Under the pieces are notes generated by a model. That model did no database searches. It was not told the DNA's origin and was given only the letters and a program-made list of their open reading frames with translations. A stretch of DNA of 64,000 nt, taken from assembly GCA_951804945.1 (NCBI GenBank), contig OX638149.1, positions 59,272,001-59,336,000 of the forward strand. The letters run 5' to 3'. Shown here in pieces: positions 36,440 to 47,246 of this stretch (positions are counted from its first letter, which is position 1; every line of letters begins with the position of its first letter). Origin of the DNA: Podarcis cretensis. Taxonomy: Eukaryota. Made by a program: the position numbers and the translations under genes.

Positions 36440-39006
36440 AGTTCTGCAGCAAGTGAAATTGACAAGCACAACATGGTGGAAACCAAAGGCAGGAAAACCA
36501 TCAAAAACTCCTCCAGAACTATGTTGCTGACCTGGTAGCAGATATCAAACAATTGTATCTAGATCTTACAAAGGATTGTCAGAATGCCCTTAAACCTCTT
36601 GAATTTTCCTTTAAAGATCTTCCAGCAGAAGTAGCTGACATTTCCAAAATGGCGGATGAAGCCTTGGAATTTGACTTCCATCCCCAAAACCCACATGCAG
36701 ACAGGTTAGCTGAACAAATCAGCAGGTTTGGCTGGAAGATTAACAGGAACGCAGTCACAGACAGGATCACAGCCTTAAGAGGGGTCCTGCGCAACATTGC
36801 AACCCCTCCCTTCACTTCCTATCTCTTCCTGCACTTTAAAATGTGTGGCACATCCTTTGTGGAGCCCGTGCTGTTGGTCTGGAATAAGATGGACTCATAA
36901 GCTAGCTCCTCAGTGACTATCCTAACTTTAGGCATCCTGGCAAGTATAAGCGATTAGTGGATCGTGGACAAAAGGGACGACTTATGATGGAGGATTTCTC
37001 TGATTAGGAGCAAGCCCATTTCACCTTTAAAACTGTGGCAGCTCCTTTATGGGACAAGGGTTAATTGGGTTCCAATATTTCAAATAACTTTTTGTGCACA
37101 GTCAGTTTATAGATCTGAGCAGCTGCCACACCCATTAACTGTTTACAAAAAAATCCAAAACTCTGCAAACTGGGCTCTAAGGGGCAGAAGGGTTTTATCT
37201 ATCTTTTACAAACTCTTACTAGATCTTAAATGTGGAGCAGGGTGCTCCACACACAAATCTTGGGGAAAAGACCTCAGCACTTTATTCAGTGATGCTGATT
37301 GGGATCATCCATGGTGCAGCTCTCGCCTTAAAGCAACATCAGCTCTTACATGGGAGGGTGTGTCGAAACTGATTTATTGTTGGCACTTAACCACAGTCAG
37401 GCTCAGCTATTTCCCTCGTTCACTTTCACCAAAATGCTGGTGAGTTGTGAAATTCGTGGGTCATATTTGCACCTGCAGTGAGAGTGTGAAAAGGTGAGGG
37501 GCTTCTGGCTTAACCTGCCCAATCACATAAAAAAGTTTATCAACCAAACAAATGTCCCCAAATAGACTTTAGCTCTCCTTTCCATCTTCCTTAAAAAGTG
37601 GTACAACAGACTTGGCAACTAGCAGGAACAGAGAAAGGCATGGTGTAGTAAAGTTAGTCTTATTTAGAAAATTATTCTTTGGTCAAGTAAGAGGAGTGAA
37701 GCCTTGTGGGAGTTTCATCAGCCACAAGGACCCTGGGAAAGAAGTTGTGTATCTTTAAACTCTAGACTAGATGGCTCCTTAGCTGAAAGCTTTATTGGAA
37801 CCAAGGAAGCCTTGATTTAATGAAAAGATCTAACACCTGAGTTTGAGGGTGTAAACATCCCCCCCTCAGTGATGCTATCTGTCCTTGAATTGCTTGGGGA
37901 TGTGTCTCTGGCTAATTTCCACGGAAGGGAGAAACCCCTTTGATTTAAAGTTTGGATTTCAAATTGGCCCAGCTGTCAAGAAGTAAATTGATTGACCAGC
38001 AAGCCGGTCATTGGTGTATTCAAAAATAATTTGAGTCTTATGATTGGCTTGAAAGTTACGATGCCAAGTGCGAACTGTGAATAAAAGATCAGGGAATTGT
38101 CTTGATCTTTGCTCTTTGCTTTCGGTCTATGCCATCGCTCTGCAATTCGCAAAGATGCCCGGCTCTATTGTTCCATCCTAATAGCCGTCGTTTCGTCCTT
38201 TGAAATGGAGATCTTAAAAAGCCTTCAACTTGCAGAGTCCTAAAGATTTCAGCTATCCTATTGTGTGTTAGAGCTTGTGAGTATGTATAGCTAGTTATAC
38301 TATGTACCTTTGTTATTTTCTTATCTGTAACGTTCAAAAGAGTGCCTGCTACTCTAGCATGTTTTTATGTTATTTTTAAAATAAACCTTTTAAGAATGAA
38401 ACTGTTTTAGTTTGTGTGCCTTTCCGGAGGGAATAGCTAAGTCCTAGCCTTACGCTTGGTTACACTCTACCGTAGAACTTCTGCCTGCAAGTCTGTGGAT
38501 GCAGCTTGCGGAACAGGGGGACAGCCAGGTTAAACGGGTCACAGCCTTCTCCCTGGGTTGTGATTCTGGGTCCCCTGGACAAGAGGGAGTGGTGGCAGCC
38601 CTACCGGGTCGTGTTTGTTCTGTTTTGGAAAAAGTAATTAGCCCGCCAACCTTGCCCTGGGCGTCCTAGTCTGGCCGGAGAGCAGAGACAGGAGACGGGA
38701 GGGGCAAGCGGTTGGGGGTGAACATTACTACACATGGGGTTAAGGAATCAAAACTGATAAATCTATAACAGTCTGATATCATTTTTTGTTAATAACGATA
38801 AACCAACTGAAAGGGTACAGCACCAAGCCTTTCTCTCATTTTGATCTGACATCTGGCCTACATCTCATTTCTCTAGTAACCCAACTGTTATAGGAGTGAC
38901 ATAAAACCTTGCCTCCACCCCCCCCACCCTTATTGTAAAGGATGACACCATTGTTATACGCTGATTGCTCCATTTATTGATAATGATATTTTTTTAAAAA
39001 TAAAAA
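36440..39006 (+). mobile_element. Degraded, internally deleted L1/Tx1 LINE interrupted by a solo LTR
   Basis: ORF1-like helical remnant at ~36480-36800. ORF2 terminal knuckle KLIYCWHLTTVRL...SPKCW*GC...GSYLHLQ*ECEKVRGFW at ~37365-37508. Continues after the LTR to an A-rich end at ~39000. Confidence 0.65.
37644..38732 (+). mobile_element. Solo LTR (Ty3/Gypsy-like, 1,089 bp)
   Basis: Inverted termini tgtagtaa ... ttactaca, exact 5-bp TSD catgg (37639-37643, 38733-38737), internal aataaa. Confidence 0.9.
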
Positions 39007-39039
39007 TGCTAGAACACAGCTATACTTCAAAATTGACAC

Positions 39040-39359
39040 CTCTCTAAGCTTCACAACCCAATTCTGCGACCAAACATTTACAAAGATGTATATATTAGAG
39101 GGAAATGTGCCTAATAATATTGGTGAAAATAACATACCAAAATGCGTTATATTAGGGGAAATTGCTTGCAAAAATGTGTACATTAGTCAAAGTTGCATGG
39201 TGAAATGTGTTTATTAGAATTTCACACTAAAATGCAAATCACATTTTAGGAGTATTTTTTTAAAAAAGCACGAATTGATGCAGAATGTGGAGAACTGAAT
39301 TTACGATTGGAAAAATGAGAATCTGACCAAACGAGAATTGACAGATCTGTCCATCTCTA
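39040..39359. mobile_element. Partial hAT-like non-autonomous element
   Basis: AT-rich internal repeats ending in a TAG(A/G)GATGG-type TIR (…ctgtccatctcta). Confidence 0.5.
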
Positions 39360-39638
39360 ATGGCCAGTAACGGTAACAAGTATAATTCTAAACCTAGACA
39401 TCATTAGTTGGCACAAGTAAACGGTTCTTACATTGCACTATATGTTACTGCTTTTGTTCTTAAACCATGCACATTCACACACAGCCTGTACTTCTTACGG
39501 TAACTAAGCTCTGTTTAGCTGCCCTTGTAGTAAATAAATTGAAGGAATTAAAAAGTAATTTCACCCCAAAGCAATCAACTCAATTGCTTGTATCCGGTTT
39601 AATTTAAATAGGAAGAAACAGACAATATATTCTGCCAT

Positions 39639-39657
39639 CTGCCACTAGAGGGTGAGA
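39639..39657 (+). promoter_or_regulatory. CTCF motif
   Basis: CTGCCACTAGAGGGTGAGA versus consensus CCASYAGRKGGCR (one core mismatch). Confidence 0.55.
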
Positions 39658-41004
39658 GCTCTGTGAGGAAAATAATTGAACATTATAACTAACCTATTCA
39701 AAGGCTAATGAATTTTCATTTCAAGAGAAATATTGGCCCATGACCTTGAGAACTGTTAAAGACAGTTGCTGGCAGCTAAGCTTCAGAATATTTAGTAGCA
39801 ATATAGTGTACTTTTCATCGGTTTGCAAGCTGACTTTTAGTTTTCGTTATTTTAGTATGAATGATAGGTAGAGCCAGACAAATTTTCCTCTTCCTAGCTA
39901 CATACAAGATGACTTGAAAGCCTTTTGCTCTCAAGTGTTTGCTTGACATTCATAATGTTTGCTTGGAATCAATAATTTCATTATCTTGTGTCTAGTTCCA
40001 AAGTTCAGTAAAGAATATTTGGAAGTCATTGACATAATTTTATACTAAGTTTCCGGTTCTTGTATCCTGGACAATTTGACTTCAGTTATATTCGGAGATT
40101 GAAAATACGCTGCACATGTAATATGTGGCTTTTCTTTAATCTCTTAGAAACATTGAAACGGGAACTCCAGCTAATGAATGGTTCGTGGGACTCCTTAGGG
40201 ACTCTTCTATCTTGTGTAAAATTCCACAAGTGTTTAGGCTACTGTGTGGAAGTGATCAATGAGCATTTAAAGCCAAGATGAGGGGACTTCAGTCTTACAT
40301 GATCTGCTTTGAAAGCACTCCAGCCATGATCCTCTGATGCATTTTTAAATTCTCAGCCTACTCAGGTTTTCCTTAGCCAGTTAAGGGATAACCACTGTGT
40401 GCTAATACATCCTGATTAAGTACTCTTTGCTTAACAATGAAATATCTTGCTAGATCTGATCAAGATCCATCTCATCCAGCATAGGAAGCTGCCTTATACT
40501 GAGGCTTCAATACCAGTATTATCCACTCTGGCTGGTAGCAGTGCTGCAGGTGTTCAGACAGAGCCTACGTGGGGATGACAATGAGAGTATCTAGAACCGC
40601 CTACTTGCCACTCATCTGTCCTACCAATGAGCTACTGTTCTTCCCCAAGGCATACTTTGCAGGAATCCTAGCAACGAGCAGGTGCTAAATGGTCCATGGC
40701 TGCTGGGTTTAAAGTGTCATATCCTTATGTCCTAACTGCACTTAGCACAGTGTATTTGTCATTTAATTCAATAATTTTCAATGACGGTCTTGTTGAAAAT
40801 AGCCCTTGATTGCAGATAGTGTCCCTCATTATTTAACTCAAGGCCTAAGTAAATGTAAACAACTTGTTTTGTGCCACCATATTGTCTTTCCTCTTTGAAA
40901 TGCTATAATCAGCTTAGTGAAAGCAGCTGGTAGTACTGTGCCTCATTAATGAAATGAGCAGGGAGCTCATTTATTCTCCAGCTAAATCCATTTTTTTTTT
41001 CTAG

Positions 41005-41023
41005 TGGCCTCCAGGTGGCACCA
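41005..41023 (+). promoter_or_regulatory. CTCF motif
   Basis: TGGCCTCCAGGTGGCACCA, close match to the TGGCCACCAGGGGGCGCTA consensus. Confidence 0.7.
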
Positions 41024-42068
41024 GTGCTCAAATGATAAAATCAGGCGTTGACCTTCAGAAAACATGGCATCTTTGTTTTGAGGTTCTCTGTGTCGCAATT
41101 GGATGTGGCTTGCGACCAAGCAACAACTTTCACACAAATGAAACTTTGGCCAGATCACGGGAGGCGGCTCCTCCTCACATCTGGCTCATAGATCAGCTTG
41201 TTTCTAAAAATACATTGTGCGCTCAGTTTGATGTCCTGGGAGTGCGGTAACTCTGCAGCGTGGCGCTTTGAACATTTGCCTTATTAAGTGTTGCATCCAA
41301 TTGGTGTTCTGCTGCTCTTTGATACATCTGAACCTTCCGATGTGTTAAGTCTAAGGCCATTCCCTCTACACATCCCCCTCCCCCAATTAGATTTGCAGGG
41401 AGCTATTTCAGTCAGTTTGAACTTCCGGAGTACAGTGTACAAGGCTAAATTCAAGGTTCTAAAATGCACAAAGAAGTCACCTTGAGTCCCCTTTTCAAAA
41501 GGTCATGTAAATTAGTCTCTGTTTTTGATTCTGTCCCTCTGCAGATGGTTCAAATCTGCAGATAGTCAAGTGCTTCGTATCCAAGTCATTTGAAATCACA
41601 ATGCAGTGGTTTTTAGAATGCTTGGACCATCTTAATGCCTTGATTTTGTTGCATGTGGCAGCTTTTCTGGAAAAATAATTGTTTTTGTGTTGACCCTTGG
41701 AAACCAGTGTGGGCCTAAATGGGTAGAACCCTCTTCTGGAGAACCTTTAGAACTGAACAATGCTCCTGCAGAACCACCTTCCAGAGCCATCCATCTAAAT
41801 ATGAGTGGAACCGCCACAATGATGTGCCTCCAATACCCAATTCAGAGTTGCCCTACAAGAATACCCTGGTCAAAGGTATCAAAAGTTGCTGAGATTAAGG
41901 CCTGAATACTGATTGAAATGGTTTAAAAAAATGGATAACTGCCAAGCCACATACATTTTTTCCCCTTGTCATAGTACAGCCTGCATATGTCTGTTTTGCT
42001 GAAATACTTTCTTACATCTCACCACACAAGTAGAGGTTAGGGTAGTAGAGCTCAACATCAAATGTGTC

Positions 42069-42217
42069 CAGTGCTTTTTTTATATAAGAAAAAGTGTTTA
42101 GGGGTTCTCTCATTTTCCTACTCATGTTGAAATACTGCCCCTCAATGAGGCCAAACTTAGATTCACAAAATGTTTAGGGGTAGGCATACCCCTGCGTCCC
42201 CCCAGAAAAAAGCACTG
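42069..42217. mobile_element. hAT MITE
   Basis: TIR cagtgctttttt ... aaaaaagcactg; exact 8-bp TSD aatgtgtc. Confidence 0.88.
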
Positions 42218-42235
42218 AATGTGTCTATAGAATTA

Positions 42236-42630
42236 GGTCCCGTCTACACTATACATTTAAAACAGTATCACACCACTTTAAATGATAATGGCTACACTTC
42301 TCTAAGTGGTTAAACAATCAGTCCCTCTCCCCTGGGAACTCTGGGAACTGTATGTTTGTGGGAGAAGTAGGGATCTTCTAACAGCAGGCATAGGCAAACT
42401 TGGCCCTCCAGATGTTTTTGGGACTACAACTCCCATCATCCCTAGCTAACAGGACCAGTGGTCAGGGATGATGGGAGTTGTAGTCCCAAAACATCTGGAG
42501 GGCCGAGTTTGCCTGTGCCTGCCTAACAGCTCTCAGCAGCCTTAACTAACTACAATCCCCATACTTCTTTGAGGGAAGTCATGAGTGAAATGGTATAATA
42601 CCACTTTAAATGTAGAGTACAGGTGGGGTT
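42236..42630. mobile_element. Palindromic non-autonomous DNA element hosting a nested MITE
   Basis: Ends gtctacactatacatttaaa...accacttt and its degenerate reverse complement at ~42590-42630. Confidence 0.55.
42385..42521. mobile_element. Near-perfect palindromic hAT MITE
   Basis: caggcataggcaaact...agtttgcctgtgcctg; TSD tctaacag/cctaacag. Confidence 0.88.
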
Positions 42631-43282
42631 TTAGTTTGTCCAGCTTCTGTTTTGTCGCTGCAAGGGGAGAAAGTGTCCTCTTCTTTGTTCAGAACAACAA
42701 CATGATAACTGCTTTTTTGGATCCCACTTCAGTTGGTATTGTTGTAGAAAGTCCTCTTTTCATGGTAAGTGTTTGTGTGTTGAGAGTGATAATGACAGGA
42801 GGGTTGGGAGAAATGCCACTCCCAGTCTGACCACAAAGTCTTTTCCTTTCCTTCGCTGTTTTCTTATCCTCACTGCTGGGGTGGCAGGATGTATGGGAGG
42901 AGGGATAGCTGTTGTCTCATTATCATGGTGCTGCAGATAATAAACATGCTGACACCATGTGGATGCCTTTCACAAAAGCTGTCCTTCAGTCAGTTAGCAA
43001 TTCCTGTGCCATGTGCATGATTGTAAGCAGGATTGTGCTTGTCTTCTTTCTACACATGTGGGACTGAATGTGAGACGGCACAGAAACGAATATGGAATTC
43101 GTAGAATCTCATCTGTTTTATTTAATCAATTTGTTTAATCAACACAGATGAGGGAGATCGTTTTGAAATTGTGCATTTGGTGTTTGCAAATACTGTACTG
43201 CTAAAGTATTTGGAGATGTCTCCTTGTGTGTCCTACATGGCCATCTCTTCCCATGCCAAACCACCTGAAAAGTTCATGCTTT

Positions 43283-43440
43283 CATAGAATTATAGAATTG
43301 TAGAGTTGGAAGGGACCCTGAGGGTCATCTAGTCCAACCCCTGCAATGCAGGAATCTTGCCCACAGCCATCTCTGAGTGGGCTTGAACCACTGACCTTCT
43401 GGTTAAGAGCCAAACACACTGACCCACTGTGCCACCTGAG
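43283..43440 (-). mobile_element. tRNA-head / CR1-tail SINE
   Basis: Minus strand: A-box/B-box-like head (ggtggcacagtgg...ggttcaagcc), then the CR1 3' end with (attctat)n tail. Confidence 0.65.
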
Positions 43441-43453
43441 AGTTTTTCCAGAG

Positions 43454-43775
43454 CAGGGGTAGGCAACCAAAGCCCGTGGGCCGGATGCAGCCCAATCGCC
43501 TTCTCATTCTGGCCCATGGACAGTCCAGGAATCAGCGTGTTTTTACATGAGTAGAATGTGTCCTTTTATTTAAAACGCATCTCTGGATTATTTGTGGGGC
43601 CTGCCTGGTCTTTTTACATGAGTAGTATGTGTGCCTTTATTTAAAATGCATCTCTGGGTTATTTGTGGGGCATAGGGATTCGTTCATTTCCCCCTCCCCC
43701 AAATAGAGTTTGGCCCACCACATGGTCTGAGGGATGGTGGACCGGTCCACAGCTGAAAAAGGTTGCTAACCTCTG
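43454..43775. mobile_element. hAT (Charlie-like) MITE with internal ~70-bp tandem duplication
   Basis: TIR caggggtaggcaacc ... ggttgctaacctctg; exact 8-bp TSD ttccagag. Confidence 0.88.
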
Positions 43776-44092
43776 TTCCAGAGGATGTGGGATTTAAGAC
43801 ATGCAAAAAAGCTGGAACCCAGCTGTTTTCATTTCAAAGACATGAAGTTAAAGTCATGCACAGATCAAAAGGAAAAAAATATTATGTATGGCGAGATCAA
43901 CCTCTTCATCCATCACTGATCTTTAGTGTCATCCATTGCATTTATTTGTTGCAGGGGAAATCAACCTGGTACCCTTCTGATCTTGAACTCCAATCCCCAT
44001 CAAGTCCAGCAACATCTATAGGTCACCCAGTTGTTCATTCCTGGTTTATTGTATTTATATTTCAGCTTTCTCTCACTGAGTCCAAGGCAGTA

Positions 44093-44334
44093 CAGTGGTA
44101 CGTCGGATTAAGAACTTAATTCGTTCCAGAGGTCCATTCTTTACCTGAAACTGTTCTTAAACTGAGGTACCACTTTAGCTAATGGGGCCTCCTGCTGCTG
44201 CCACGCCGCTGCCGCATGATTTCTGTTCTCATCCTGAAGCAAAGTTCTTAACCTGAGGTACTATTTCTGGGTTAGCGGAGTCTGTAACCTGAAGCATCTG
44301 TAACCTGAAGTGTCTGTAACCCGAGGTACCACAG
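44093..44334. mobile_element. Tigger/pogo-like MITE, family A (reverse copy of 18625-18856)
   Basis: TIRs with TA flanks; sequence is the reverse-complement sibling of 18625-18856. Confidence 0.85.
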
Positions 44335-44538
44335 TATGTCCTGGGTTCCCATGAAGTTTTCCATCCAGGCACACTAAGCAGGCTTGAACTGCCTTAGAGA
44401 GAGATTTTCAGTGTTAAGCCAATAATAGACTTCTAATGGCTAATTTTGAAGGCTATATAACGTGCACCTTTTTCCCTTTGAAATAAATTAAATAAATAAA
44501 TAAATGCCCAGTAGCACCTTAGAGACCAACTAAGTTTG

Positions 44539-44582
44539 TTCTGGGTATAAGCTTTCGTGTACATGCACACTTCTTCAGATAC
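44539..44582 (-). ncRNA. Second minimal hammerhead core (5'-truncated stem I)
   Basis: Minus strand gtat CUGAAGA a gtgtg-catg-tacac GAAA gc UU atac; stem I only ~4 bp. Confidence 0.55.
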
Positions 44583-44606
44583 AGTGTGCATGCACACTTC
44601 TTCAGA

Positions 44607-44657
44607 TTCTTTGGTATCTGAAGAAGTGTGCATGCACACGAAAGCTTATACCCAGAA
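44607..44657 (+). ncRNA. Minimal type I hammerhead ribozyme
   Basis: ttct-tt-ggtat CUGAAGA a gtgtg-catg-cacac GAAA gc UU atacc-c-agaa. Conserved core, stem I and stem II pairing, palindromic AGCU minimal stem III, predicted cleavage after 44647. Confidence 0.75.
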
Positions 44658-47246
44658 CAAACTTAGTTGGTCTCTAAGGTGCTACTGGACAATTTTTTAA
44701 TTTTTTAATTTATTTTGACTGCGTCAGACCAACACAGCTACCCACCGGAATCTATTTCCCTTTGGAAATACTTGGCCCTCCTAAAACAGTGGATTGGCAT
44801 TTCTTCTCTAAAGGCAAAAATCAGATCCCTGCAAGTGATAAATTGCCTATAGCTTATAACAAGCCACAAAGCCTATGAAACAATTTTGGAGAGCCAAACT
44901 TTAGACTTGACTATAAGAGCACTCATCTGCCCCCTGGCATGTTCAAATTGTTAGGGTGTGAAACCTAAGACACTGGCAAGTTAGCAATGTCATGTGACTT
45001 TAAGTAGTCAAGCTCGTTAAGTTGTTAAGTTGCTCAGTATATAAAGAGTGTTTGTTTTCTCTGCCTGTGGGGGGCGTGAAGCAAAAATGTCTGAAAGCTC
45101 CGGAGGTGTTTCTGTTATCTTTCTGCAATAAACCTGTCTTTGGAAAGACAGGCTTCCCTGTGTCGTTATTTCTTTGCTGCTGAGACTCTGAAGCTTGTAC
45201 TGCAACAAGAATCTCTGCACTGGACTTAATCAATGCTCTGCAAAGAGAACTGTTGCTGGTTGCGCAGCGGAAGTGTTTACTGGACCAGTACACAGACTCT
45301 CTTACAAATTACTCCACTGTGTGCAGTTTTCCCTTTCCTCTCTTTGATAGGAAAATGCGGCATGCAATAGAATGGGGGTGGGGAGCGAGCTTTAGTAGTG
45401 ATTTCGGTGACATGTAGATTGGCAAGTATTTCTGATTTCCAATTTTTTCAACAATCAACAACAAAAAGAAAGACATGCACACCCTTAATTCAGGCTGCCA
45501 AAATGCAGAAAGATTGAGTTAACAATGAAAGGACTGTAAGCTCACTTACGGACTCATTGTTAAAACCATGTTTATGGAAGACAATCTTACTTGGCTACGA
45601 GTGATCACCAAAGAAGAAGAAGCTCAGTCCAGTTCTGGTATGGAAAAGAAATTCCCAGACTTAAAATGTGCTCAGGGGCACCTTGTTCTTCAATTCTAAC
45701 CACATACCTTTTGCACCTGGCTCTGCTTGGTAGATCTTGGCTTTCTAGCTTAAAATAAACTACACTCCCATCCTTGCATGCCAGCTCTCATAGGAATGTT
45801 AAAGTCCCTGTAAGTTGACACATATGTATTAGTAGCACTGGAAACATGAAGGACATTCTGTTATATGTATCATATTCCTCTTTCTTGTTCTCTTCTGGGG
45901 AAAAAAAATTCTAAAGGAACTTCTTGACAACATTTCATTCCTGAATGGTAGTGATAAAACCATTCATTTGATACCTGGGAGAGATTTAACTCATTTAACT
46001 CACAAGGTTGCTGTGTGTGCCCTTGCAACCCAAAGGTTTAGGTGTAAATTTATGCTGCACAATACATTGCATTGTGCAGGGAGTCATTTATAATAAATTG
46101 CAATACTGTCCCTTTCGCAGGACATATAAGCTGTATATAAAATGGTGTTTGTTTCCCATGTTTGTGACGACCAATGGTGTTTAATAAAACTTGACATTTC
46201 TCTTATAGAACAGAATGAAAAGCCCCAAAAAGGCCTGAAATGTGGCCCTTATGTTGCTGGTCCTCTAGGCTCCTGCCATGATGGCTTTTATTAGCTCTGT
46301 TTTCTAATAGCATCCATAATAAATTAGCAAAATTGCGACACCAAATATAACCATAAAGCAGCCACCAGTAATCCGTATATGAATCTAAAGACTGCACTAG
46401 TGCAGCGTTTCTCAAAATCTTTGAATGCAGCCCTCCTTCTGAAATTACGCTACCTTTTGTGACAGCCACATGTACCCATGCAAAAATAGCAGTTTGTTCC
46501 ACAGAGGCATGTGTGTGAAGATTCTCATACACAGTTGAATGCAGCCTCCTGATGTTTGTGTGATGATTTGTGAACTGCAGTAGTAAAATGAGGAAACTTG
46601 TAAAATGGGACATATGATTCCCCTATCCTAAACCAAACATTGATTTTAAAAAAATAGAATAAGCATCCTCCTTCCAAAATCAGATTTTGATGATGGGCCA
46701 GGAGGGATAAAGTCATCCATATAAATACAGTGTGAATCAGTGATTGTCCTCTTAAGTTTTGGCTGTGGAGGGAAGAGGGCAGAGTGAGGAAAGTTCTTGG
46801 AGTGAAGCGCAAAGAGAAAGTGATACCTTGATCAAGAACCCCATATAACTTATGGAGGCAGTACTGTACTGTGGATTCCATACACCCACAAACTGACTGA
46901 AAAAGAATGGTGCTAGAGACAGCTCAGCATATCAAGATCAGCAATGGTGAGGAAGAGGCCTATAGCTTGGGAAGCTTCATCTGACTATAGTATAAGGGTA
47001 GGCAATATGGTGCCCTTTGGCTATTGGACTACAACATCTGTCAGCCCCAGCCAACATGGCCCATTGTTAGGGATGATGAGAATTGGTGTCCAGCAACATC
47101 GGGAGGGAGCCATGTTGACTGTCCCTGCTCTGGTGAGTGACCCAGATGGAGGCACATATATGAGAAGCTCCGGCTAGCTTCAGGGTTAAAAAGCAAATCC
47201 AAAGAGGGGATTAATACACTCATTTATCTAATGAAGGATTGGGCAG

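Larger units (their letters stand above)
44481..44754. mobile_element. Penelope-like element remnant with inverted pseudo-LTR arms
   Basis: 75-bp inverted arms 44508-44582 and 44614-44688, hammerhead motif, AT-rich microsatellite ends, candidate 10-bp TSD tttccctttg (44471-44480, 44755-44764). Confidence 0.8.

Noticed and set aside
36553-36900. 115-aa ORF as a host gene
   Set aside because: Lies within a degraded L1-like element; no splice structure.
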